Assembly (NCBI GenBank): GCA_012295275.1
Contig: CM022665.1
Coordinates: forward strand, 31,620,001 to 31,684,000
Source: Chrysomallon squamiferum
Lineage: Eukaryota > Animalia > Mollusca
Length of the DNA stretch: 64,000 bases
Reading direction: 5' to 3'
Shown: positions 1 through 12,067 of the stretch, in pieces
How the letters are laid out: every line of letters begins with the position of its first letter
How positions within the stretch are numbered: position 1 is the stretch's first letter
Program-made: the position numbers and the translations under genes
Notes under the pieces: generated by a model
Told to the model about the DNA's origin: nothing
The model's input: only the letters and a program-made list of their open reading frames with translations
Database searches by the model: none

Positions 1-146
1 GAATCCACACTGTATTGACGGTTGCCACTTAGCAGTATGCTAAACCACTTTTAACAGTAAAACAGTAAAAATGTGACTGTCACATAGCTAAATGGTGCAA
101 AACGAACACGCTGAAAACGTTAATACCACTTTTTTTTTACTTTATT

Positions 147-178
<32 letters not shown>

Positions 179-441
179 TTATTTTTTTTTTTTTTTTTTT
201 TTACTAGAGGTCGTTGCTAGCCATTTATATATGGCAAATAAGGTTTTGGATATTTTCCTTTGTATTCTTAATATTGTATTATTATGTAGAGAAAGCATTT
301 TGGTTCTGACACTTAGAACTTAGTGGGCGGAGTGCATCGAAATGACGGAAATGTCATTCATTATGAAATATATCCAGTTTTATTTTTATTTAATATATTT
401 TATTTAAAAGAAAAAGAAAAAAGAGTTAATTAATTGTCGTC

Positions 442-475
<34 letters not shown>

Positions 476-1286
476 CTGTTTATTATTTTAGTTATTCTAT
501 TTATTTATTTATTATTATTATTCCAAATAATTAAATGCGACTGAACTTTAAAACAGTTTAACGTTTCAATCTATTTCAATTCATCTAGGTGTGCTGAGTA
601 ATACTGAATATAAATTATTGGTGAATTAGAACAAAGATAATGGTATATGTAATTAATAAAACATTATAAATGTGACTCACTTTATTAATGTCCTACATAC
701 ATAAATACAAAGTGCAAATCTTTTTACACCAGGCATGCCAAAATGAATACCAAGTGCTCATTAAATGGGTGTGTCAAGACCACAAAATGATTGCCTGCAC
801 GAAATATTTATTGTGAACAGTGTTCATGCATGCATGTGTGCGCGCACGTCGTTTATTACATATTTGTGGGGGGGGATGGTTGTTTGATAAATAGCCAATA
901 CATTTTTGTGCAACAAAAAGATGTCATTTTCATAGAAATGGTTCATATCTCAGCTGAATGTTCTTCTAAAAATAAAATGTTTCTGATCACAATTTAAGGT
1001 TTAATTTCAAATGGTTTATTTATTTATTCAGGTTTCTTGTTCTCAACAGACCAACTGATCAACAAATGAATTCAAAGTAATATTTTCATAATTTTCAGAG
1101 AGGAGTTCAGACGTAGTTAAATTGTCCAGAAGCTAATTAAGAAAGCTATTTTCATGTAGCTGAAACAAACGTGCACTGATTGTTCCGAATTCCTTTCAAT
1201 GGATTTTTGTTCACCTATTGGTAATAAAATTATGATCGAAAATTTTCATTTTATATTTTAAAAGAACAAAAAGATAAATACATATA

Positions 1287-1429
<143 letters not shown>

Positions 1430-1948
1430 CACATACCTACACAATAAGTAATAACATTTTAAAAACTACAATTAGTTTACGGTTACTTTGCTTTTAGTGA
1501 ATGATTAAGTGTTTCAAAATCTTATTTTATATACATACATACATACATAATATTATAAATGTATATTATTAAATAAAGACAAAACAAAAAATAAATAAAA
1601 TAATAATAATAATAACAAGAAAACGTTAAATAATATTCATATTTTCTTCCTCTCTAACCAGCAGAGGGATCCAGTTAGCTACAGATTTGCTACAAATTTT
1701 AAAAATATGAACATATAAACAGATAATCTATCCTTACAAATTTTCTTCATTTATATATTACAGTCACGCTGAGATATAAATTGTATAAATTAACAAATCT
1801 AGCATTATCTTGAAATTTTGAGGTACACACTAGTTCTGTTACCATCTTAATTTTTGCTCAAAGTGTTTTACTGGTTTCATTTGTTAAACTGCAGTAAGTA
1901 GTAATATGCTAAGACATTAAAAGTTTCAAAAAGAATTTCAGTCAAGAA

Positions 1949-2014
<66 letters not shown>

Positions 2015-2570
2015 ACACATATACACACTCCGTAAGGTCGAACTTTAGTTTGCTTTTATTGTCTCCATTTTATGTTCATGACATTCTGCAACATTCTCTT
2101 CTTTCTTGTAGAAACAACAAATACATTATTAAAGTAGACCTACACATTGTTATCAATTCGCACGACAGTCTAGATTCAAAATGGCTACAAATTCTGTTGC
2201 ATTTCAACAAGTGAAAAACATTACTTTAGTTTGTCGTTAGCTGTGATTGTGCGAACAACCAAGAAAAACTGATCCTGTGAATCATCCACTGTCTAATGTT
2301 ACAGAGTAAAAAAAATAATCTTTGACGTCTGTCAGAGTATTGTGACATCTACAAATTTTGTTTACCATTGTTACTTTTTGCAATATTGCAATAGCATAAA
2401 ATGCGACCTTAATGTTTTTCTTCCAGATACTATGTTTCTAAATATTTCTTTACTAAACTCATTTGTTTTCTTTCATTATTATTTATGTCTCAGACTGAGT
2501 GCATGTGATAACCTTGTTTTCAATTTCAAGTCACACCAGCACCTTGAAGGAATAGAAAACAAATTCCGAT

Positions 2571-3431
2571 TTAGTATCTGTTTCGGCTGACCTGACTGTT
2601 CGACCACACAGTGGAATCTTGAAGACTGCTTCCGTCCATGTCTAATCTACTTGTTTTCCTGTTCTGACTTTGGTACGTCTTACCACTGACACCCGATGCA
2701 CTGTCCCACACTGTCTTCGATCTTGGGCCCAAGTTCAGTTTTGCGGCAGAAAAGTAATTATTGATTCGGTCTTGATACTCGCTGTCTAATTCATTGTTTT
2801 CGCATATCAGTGGTGCTAAATCGCATTTTTGACGACTGCAGTGCTCCATTTGTATTAAACCGTTATAATTCTGAGGGTTGGAAAATGAATGTTTATTCAT
2901 GAAGTCAGTTACTGACGGGTATCTCACTGACAAGCTTTCTAGATGAGGAAGATGCGATTTTGAAAAATCGTATTTGGGCGCTTTCCTTATGATTTTTCTA
3001 GCCGGGAAGAACTGGTATCCTCTTTGGTTTTTAACTCGAAAATTCTGTCCGACGCAGTTAAAATCCTTCTGAGTCGTGAGCTCCCGCTGACTGATACTTC
3101 CCTTAGTGTTTCTGTGGTAACCTGTCACTAAATGAGGCTTTCTGAATTTCTGCAGATTCACCTTTGCCGATATTCCATTTGACATATCAAAGATTTCCTG
3201 TTCTCGACATCTCAGAGCAATATCAGTAAGAAGCTGCTGCTGTTTTCCCAGCCGTCTTTTGTCGAAACTTAACGACATGTCCAGAATCGCCATCTTGTCA
3301 GGAGTGGAAAGTCTTTGCTTTCTGTCGCGATACTGCTGAGTTGTCTGCAGTAACGTCAAACCTCGCGTTAAATCCTTTTCTCGCCAGAAACGAGGTGTGG
3401 TTTCGTTAAAATGAATCTGACACTGAAACAT
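2571..3431 (-). CDS. Uncharacterised 286-aa basic protein, single coding exon
   Basis: 861-nt ATG-to-stop ORF, non-repetitive and clearly more GC-rich than its flanks. An ORF this long is unlikely by chance in such AT-rich DNA. No domain recognised. Confidence 0.75.
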   Translation of the reverse strand: MFQCQIHFNETTPRFWREKDLTRGLTLLQTTQQYRDRKQRLSTPDKMAILDMSLSFDKRRLGKQQQLLTDIALRCREQEIFDMSNGISAKVNLQKFRKPHLVTGYHRNTKGSISQRELTTQKDFNCVGQNFRVKNQRGYQFFPARKIIRKAPKYDFSKSHLPHLESLSVRYPSVTDFMNKHSFSNPQNYNGLIQMEHCSRQKCDLAPLICENNELDSEYQDRINNYFSAAKLNLGPRSKTVWDSASGVSGKTYQSQNRKTSRLDMDGSSLQDSTVWSNSQVSRNRY

Positions 3432-6400
3432 TGCGATTTTTTTTTTTAGATGTTGGGTTTTTCAATACAAAAATGAGTAAAATTTCCAGATATTTATTAC
3501 TATTATTATATATTTAATATATATATATATATTTTTAAATTTTCAAAATGAAAATCACAGAAATGTAATTCCCACCATTGTAGTAATCCTTTTGCTATGC
3601 TTTGGAAAAAGATATAACGATTTTACCTCATATTACATAACTGATCAAGTCATTCCTCTTCGCACAGTATAACATATATACAGTCTGTACTTTTTACAGT
3701 TTAACGCATCAGTGTTTTGTTGTATCAATTACCAATCAGTTATTCGATATACTGACTGGTGGTAAATATGCCACACATGATACGAGCATATAGTTGCATT
3801 CCCAACGAATATTAACAATCAAAATCAACTTTTAAAAATTTGAAATAGTTTCCTAGGAGAAATAATATACCACAACATTCTTACTGATAAATAGTGAGGC
3901 CTACTCACTCGCTATTACCTCATTGCTAGGCGAAACGAAAATCAGTTGAACTCATGGGTCACGTGTTTCAAAGTATTATTTCTCAGCCGTTAATACTTTA
4001 GCCTTCAGTACACACCGCTTCAATCCTGTCAGAAGCTTTTACGAGGTTAATCCAAGTATGCTGTTTGAATAACAGTCAACGAAAGTCTAGGAAATATTCT
4101 TTAAAAAAAAAAAAAATGCTGAAAGTTAAGCTTGTTTTCACAATAGCTTTTCAAAAGTTAAGTAATTATCGATGATTAGTTGTAATTCTAGTACTACAGA
4201 TAGCCATAGGGGACGTATATCACACCTGGTAATATTATACTAGTAGCATGCCCCACCACTCCGTCACCACCAATCTGTCGCTCAGAAACGATCTATCAAT
4301 CTTAGATTTGTATTGATATAGAGGTTCCAGTGTTCTTGTCACTGAAGTTAGCTACTTCAAATCAAATAAACACAGATAATGTGATTATTGGCACAAAGGT
4401 GAATTTACTTGTTCTGTCATTCATTCCAGACAAAATACACTGGTTTTGACGGACAGAATCTTGTTATTTTCAGTGATATATCAATCAGGTTATCTATTAA
4501 GGCTGTGTATTTTGAAAAAAACCGAAATATCTTTTATTATAAATTACGACTGACTGCAAGCTTTTAAACAAACAAAGATTAAATGCAATTCCATTATTTT
4601 CACTTTTGTATTCATGTTTGCAAGTAATTATTTTCAGAAATAAACTAGCCTTCATCAAGAAATCACTGAAGTAAATGAATTGCCATTTATTCGTGTTCGT
4701 ACGTACATATGTTTTGGCCTGTTAGGAAATTATTAAGAAGATTATCACAGACTTGCTGAATGCAAACCCGAATTTGTTTTCAAATAAACCTCAGGATGAA
4801 TGCGTACTTACGAACAATTCAGAAACCTACCTGGCTGGATATATTCAGGGGTTAATGCGTTAATCAGTTCTAAATATAAGAGGATTAATGTAGTAGTTTC
4901 TGATTTTCATGTTTATAAGTCTGAACAATTGCCAGTATTATTAGTAACGGACTTTCAGTTCATAATGCCGAACTAATGAACCAAACGCAGTTGTTGACAC
5001 GTTCATTACTACTATTGAAGCAATACCACAATAACCTAGCTTAACTCTACTTCGGTTAGCTGACTGGTTATTATTATTTTATTATAATATTTAACAAAGT
5101 ACGCAATACATGGCACACAATGACATTTTAAAAGTCATAATTAAAAATTCACAGTATTTTAAATAATCCTGTAGCTACTTTTGTTAACTTGCTGTTATAG
5201 TAGTTGCTTCCAGTTCCAATAGCCAACCAAGTACGCTATACAAGGTACCCAATTTGCATTTGTTTATTAAGAGGTAATTATAACAGAAAATTTGTAAAGT
5301 AAAAATTGACCTTCACGATATGTATATTTGAATAATTGTATATATTTTAAACATTTTTAAATGTTCAGCGGTAGATGATGGTACAGGGATTCTAAATGGA
5401 TCCACTCATTAATAAGTCACATTCAGAAATCTTTTGACTGTCTTTAATTTACTTTCTTCCAGAGTACGTAATGACGAATTTTACATATCTAATGTGATGA
5501 TTTTGCAAAATATATTCCCAGCATAAAAAATATAATAAATAACTTTTATATATAAATATAAATTCATAAAATCTGAGCATATAAACAACAAGAACAAAAA
5601 CTACAACAACAATAATAATAAAAATATTTCTTCTTTTTATTATTATTATTATAGATTTGGATATGCTTGAATGTGTATAAGTATCTGACATTACACCATC
5701 GAGTGTTTCAACAATTAAAAAAATAATACATTTTATAGTTGTATTTGCTTGACTGTGTTTTAGTTTTTGATACAACACCATTATGCTAAGGACAAGACGA
5801 TTACTCATGCCTGAGCGCTTAGTGATATCATGTTGTTATCGCAATGTAACACAACACGCCAAACCGTGAAATAGTGCCAAAAACTCAACACTATACCTGC
5901 TGTACTGTTAAGTGCCGAAAATACTATTTCCATTCTCTTGTAATTCCATTGCAAGGAGTAGCCTTCACATGAATGTTATTATCTATCTATCTATATAAGT
6001 ATTGTAAACGTCTATTTTTTTTTTGCACATGCTCAGTTTATCTAGCTCACATTTATTAGAATAGTTGGTACTTCCTACTGGATGAGAGATAAGATATTTT
6101 TATAAAGGTTAATGTCTGTTGTGGCTCTGGGATTACGTAACGTAATTAAAAATATAACTACTTTCTTTTCAATAGCTTTTTAATGAAAAATTCTTTGAAA
6201 AGTATTCTTTTCGCAAAATGGGACTATTTGTGCATTAAAATGCAGTAAAACAAACAATTTATTATTTTGTTAAGCACTGATACTTTTTTATCATCATCGC
6301 CATCGTCATTATTTATTTATTTATTTATTATGACTTTTCTGTTGATACAGCCTCTGATGGCAATAATTTTAACCACTAAATTTTTCTTTTTAATCATAAT

Positions 6401-7306
6401 AATATTTCTATATTTTAAAATTTATCTCGAATTAATAATTTTTTTTTTTTTTTTATTAATTAATTTATTTTTTTATTATTTATTTAAATTAAATTTAATT
6501 TAATTTTGCTTTTTTTTTTTTGTTCAAATTTCTCCTTAGAAAAGAAATATAGCTTAAAGTAACTTGTATCTCTAAGTTTGTAAGGTATTAAAAATAAATG
6601 CTTGTATCTGTTGAACACTTAAGGTTATGGTTTTATGAACGACAATAAATTATGTTAATACAGTCTAACAAGCCAGACAAGAAGGCTTGAACACCTGCTT
6701 TTCTCGCATGACGTGGAGAAAGTGATGCTGTAGTTTAAATTTTAATATTAAAAACTTCAATAAAAACAGTACTTCTCTCACTGTTTCCAAGATTTTATAA
6801 TTATTTTTAATTAATTTTCTGAAGTTAATTATTCAAATTTCCCATACAGTGACGATTACAAAACCTAACTAGTTTTATCTGTAACAGAATGCTATTGGTC
6901 TAAGATACCATTATCAGCCTCATTTTATTATTATGATAATTATGATTATTATTATTATTATTACATGCGTATGTATTTATACGTATGTTTGTTAATATAG
7001 GTATATATGTTCTTATATGCATATGTATGTGTGTGTGTGTATATATATATATTAATTATTACCAGTTGTTTTTATGAAGCAACAACAGCAATAACAATAA
7101 AAATAACTAATAATAATAACAACAATAACAATAATAATAATAATAAAAATTTTAAAAAAAGGAAGAAAAAAAAAATATTTTGTATAAAAATTATTACTGT
7201 ACATAATAATTATTTTATTACCTGTAAGAATGACCATATGCTGTGTGACGTGTTCTTTAACTGATATTTATTTCAGTGATGAGTTCGTGTTAACGCATTG
7301 CATGTA

Positions 7307-8714
7307 ATGGCCTTACCTAGCATGATGATGTTTCGACTGAGCCTCTGTTTCATTTTCCTAACTGGTAAGTTTGTTACTCTTCATTATCATTTAAATATTT
7401 TCATATCAAGACGAGACAGTAACTATGGAGCAACAACATTAGGCGTAATAAGTTTCAGGATTTATTCAGTTCGCAACTATGTACCGTTCCAGTTACTGTT
7501 CTACGACACGTTTATTAGCTGACATTGGGTGCGTGTATTTTTATAAAGAGGACATATATAATATTAGCTGATAAATAGTTGATTGTTAGGCGGGTTTCCT
7601 CTCTTAAATCATCCAGCAAAAAACAATATGAATGTCACGTAAATTATTATAATATTAAAACATTTTTCTTTTCATTTATTTGATAGTTATACAGAAAGAA
7701 ATAGAGAAATTAAATTAAACCCTTTTGGGGAAACCATTAAAATGATAATGATAAAACACAATGACTTAGGGTTATAATTTTGATTCGTTACTTTCTTTCT
7801 TTTCAAATTTTTTTTTTTTTCTTTAAAACAAACAACAACAAATTTTTTTTTTTTAAGTGCGAAGAAAAACTGTTTTAATGAACTGATATTTTAATATCAG
7901 GAAAATATTGAGATATATCAGTAATTTTGTATTTATATATACGTAACGTATAAACTGCAGATAAAACCCCTTAATGTTAAAATATAACGAAGTATTGTCA
8001 ACTGTTCGTTTATTTACAGTTGCAGGAACTTCTTCGTTTGACGAAAATGGACTGAAGACTGCTCCTTTTCCACAACATCAGCTTAAAGCAGCCCTTTTCC
8101 CACTGGGTGACGAAGTTATAAAACCTGATCTAAAACCAGCTCTCTTTCCACTGGGTGACGAAGTTGTACTACCTGATCTAAAACCAGCTCTCTTCCCACT
8201 GGGTGACGAAGTTGTAAAACCTCGACTCAAACCATCTCTCTTTCCACTGGGTGACGAAGTTGTAAAACCTCGACTCAAACCAGCTCTCTTTCCACTGGGT
8301 GACGAAGTTGTAAAACCTCAACTAAAACCAACTCTCTTCCCACTGGGTGACGAAGTTGTAAAACCTCAACTAAAACCAACTCTCTTCCCACTGGGTGACG
8401 AAGTTGTAAAACCTCAACTAAAACCAGCTCTCTTTCCACTGGGTGACGAAGTTGTAAAACCTCAACTAAAACCATCTCTCTTTCCACTGGGTGACGAAGT
8501 TGTAAAACCTCAACTCAAACCAGCTCTCTTTCCACTGGGTGACGAAGTTGTAAAACCTCAACTCAAACCAGCTCTCTTTCCACTGGGTGACGATCCTGCA
8601 CCAACTCTGCTGGTAAAAAACGAAGCTTCAGAACATAAACTAAAACCTACATTATATTCACTGAGAGATCCAACTCAGCAATATGATCGACCATTGAAAC
8701 CAACACTTTATTAA
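7307..8714 (+). CDS. Secreted tandem-repeat protein (~250 aa): signal peptide plus 11 x 16-aa LKP(A/S/T)LFPLGDEVVKP(Q/R/D)
   Basis: Exon 7307-7364 (MALPSMMMFRLSLCFIFLT, donor G|GTAAGT, phase 1) joins exon 8020-8714 (acceptor tttacag) in frame, giving ...FIFLTVAGTSS-FDENG. Upstream acceptor tttcag ends at 7276. AATAAA at 8769-8774. Confidence 0.88.
8082..8593 (+). repeat. Coding minisatellite, 48-bp unit x ~11
   Basis: CTGGGTGACG recurs every 48 nt (8103, 8151, 8199 ...). Central units are near-identical. Confidence 0.97.
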
Positions 8715-9602
8715 GTAACTGTGACTTTCAGAAAAAAAAAACAAAAAAAAAAAACATCTGAAGTCGATAATAAAAGAAGAAATGATAATGCTTGTTATCT
8801 TGTATTAGACTAATTTAAGTTTTTAAAATAAGTCAGAACATAAAAGAAAACATTTTTGTTGGCTGAAAGGTAGCTTAAATTTTTATAAGATAAACTTTTA
8901 TCTTGGAAATGGTATTCTTCCAGATAATTAATTTCATTATAAATTCAGATAACGTGTGTTATATCACGAGAGAAATCGTGTAGTAATTGCTTTTTTTTCT
9001 TCTTTTTTTTTTGCACTGTTTTGTCACTCATAAGAAAAGACTGTTTGATCACTTTTTTACGATCTTGAATTCAAACTCTATTTCTTCATATGGTTATGTT
9101 AACCCAGATTTAATTTCCCTTTTTTTTTGGGGGTGTGTGTGTGTGTGTGTGTTTAATAATAATGGCAATAAAAAAAAAAAAAGTTCTGCTCGCTACCAAA
9201 GGAAAAACTACAAACTTACTAATAACCAAAAATTAATTAATGTCCTCTAATATCCCATTCTATAATAAAACTTTTTATCCATTTTGTAATACAATTTAGC
9301 CTATTCTGTAATAATATATTAAAGTATGCATCCCTGGGGTAAAGTGAGATACAGAGATAATATGTTGTTAATATCCAGGATGAGAGGAACTCTCACAGAA
9401 TTTCATTTATTCGAATGACGACGTAAATTAATATGTTGAATATACGGTTAATTGCAGTTTATTTTTGTTTCGTTATATTTATTTATTTATTATTTGTGAA
9501 TGGCATCTAGAGATGATTATTGGTGCTTAATGTTCTTTGTATGTGTGTTTATATGTAATTTTAAACATATGTTTCTACAAGGCCAGTCTACTAATAATTA
9601 AT

Positions 9603-9650
<48 letters not shown>

Positions 9651-10050
9651 TACGGTCAAACTAACACGTACTGAACTCTTTCAATATACATGTCAGATAG
9701 AAAAATATTTTATTATGCTGGTGCATTTTATTAAAAATAAAATTAAAGTTACAATAAATAAAACAGTTAATATATATTGTTACTATAGTAAAAATAGTTA
9801 GTCTTTTTATCATTATTTTATTTTATTTTATTATTATTATTTAAAGTACTTTTGAAGAAAAAGGAAAAAATATCCAGAATTCTGAGCTTCCTATTTTAGC
9901 GAGATTATTCTATTCCACGTTGAGATTTTATTTGAACAGCCATTTTCATGCTAGAAGAAATACTTCATAAAGCCAAAGATATCAACTACTTTGGAATCCA
10001 TTGTTTTCCACTGAATGAATTTAAGATTGCAAAAACAAAACATTTACGTA

Positions 10051-10084
<34 letters not shown>

Positions 10085-10225
10085 TCAAGAACATTTTGAA
10101 CACAAACATCCTTCTTTACATTTCAACGCGTCCTTTCCACATTTTAGCCTTATCCGAAAATAAGACTATCCGAATAAGTCTTTCGTACTTCTGTCGGAGT
10201 TGTTTCCCTTAAATAGACGTCATTG

Positions 10226-12028
10226 ATGTGCGCGTGCTATTTCAACTTGAACAGTTGCAGACGATCTTTGTTTTCAAAAATTTCTCGAATTTCAGCATCT
10301 TGTCATTTTGTTACGATAGAAAACAGTCGAGCACCATGTCGTGTCACTGATCATGAGGTGTTTCTATCTAAGATTTTTAACACCACAAATATAACTTGTA
10401 ATGCTGATAATGTTTTTCTTCCCGCTAACTCGGCTAAGTGTAATACAAATCTTCGTAGAAGTCGCACTTCTGTAAATGCTTTGTCTGTAAGCAAACGAAA
10501 AATGACTACTTCAGCAGTGAACAATATCGCTTCAAAGAAAGTTAAACTGAGTGATTATGATGCTTATGGATTTGATCTGGATCACACACTTGCTAAATAC
10601 AAGCTGGTTGAATTTTTTGACGTAAGTGATTTGGCGCAAAGCCCACGAGGCACCATGTTTGGATTATATGAATATATTGGATGTGATGTGGGGGGGCAGT
10701 TTATACTATAACTTATATTATTTTTATAATTAAAGATGTAAATATCATTTTTATGTTAATAATTTATAATTACTGTAATCAAAATGTATCGCAGATTATT
10801 CTGTAATACTGATTTGTTAATTTTTAATGTTGAATTGATTATCAGTATTAATTATTATATATTCCATTTCACATTTTCTTCATTTTGTTCAAAAGTTAGG
10901 TGCAGACCGTAACTCTAAGACATGTGCTAGTGCTGTAGGTTACAAGTATACTGCTTAAATAACATTTAAAAAATGGTATGTAAATAATGTTAAAAAACAG
11001 ATTCTCCCAATATTTTAGTGGAGAAACAAGTATTTTCCCAGGATTCAGATGTCACAGGTAGATACTCAAAGAAAATTGTCTTTCCATTTCAGATGTTCTT
11101 TGTATTCAGGATCTTGCACTTATCATAAATATGACTGATTGTTTGTAAATAATTATTAAAATTTTTAAAATACACTCAGAATAAGCATATTATAAAACCT
11201 TTTCTCAAGTCCAAGTAACATTTTGATCTATATTATTTATTACTTTATTTTATTTATTTCATTTTATTTAAATTTTATTTTTTGCAGATGGTATATTCTT
11301 GTCTCATGAACTTTTTGATAGAAAGGAAAGGATATGATGCCTCCTTGAAAATAGGTTTAGAGAAATATAAGGATTTCATGTATGTGTTAACCTGTGAAAA
11401 CCATATAACTACTTTTTATATAGTCCACTACATTCAGTAGTGTCAGTGAGAATGACACAGATATTTTAATTGTCCTAAGCAATTTTATACATTAATATTT
11501 CTTTTCCAGCTTAACTGTTGGAGTTACTTCTAATAGGATATTTTAATGTGTGATTTAAAAGAAAAATTATATTAAATTTTAGTTTTAAGTTTGTATTTAT
11601 AAAATCTCTGTTGTGGATTTTAAATTGTGAACATTATGCATATAATTATCAAGACATTTATATCTTACAGGTTACATTTTCTCTGTTTTCTACACATCTG
11701 TGATATTTAATTTTTCATTTATTTACATATTTTTTTCAGCTGCAAAGGTCTTTTTCTTGACATAAAAAAAGGAAATATATTGAAGTTAGCAGACAATGGC
11801 AAAATACTGAAGTATGTCGTTATAAATTACAGTTTCATTTTATTGTTTGTTAGTAAAAAAAAAATGTTTAATATATAACCTATGGATATAATTTTACATA
11901 CACTTAACATGTTAACATATATTAGGTTACTATCTACAGCAGTATTTCATTTGTAATTTTACAGAGGTGTTTGTGGAACTAAAGAATTATCCGAAACACA
12001 ACTTAAGTCTTGTTATTGTTTAATTCCT

Positions 12029-12067
<39 letters not shown>

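Noticed and set aside
1032-1080. Possible terminal exon (FLVLNRPTDQQMNSK*) of a + strand gene entering from the left
   Set aside because: Only an acceptor-like site and a very short frame; not supportable without upstream sequence or transcripts.
8078-8487. Minus-strand repeat ORFs (GFTTSSPSGKR..., LVEVLQLRHPV...)
   Set aside because: Antisense shadows of the 48-bp coding repeat. The + frame has the signal exon, splice sites and poly(A) signal.
8082-8593. Regularly spaced repeat array as CRISPR-like
   Set aside because: Contiguous in-frame tandem units with no unique spacers, in a eukaryotic context with no cas genes.
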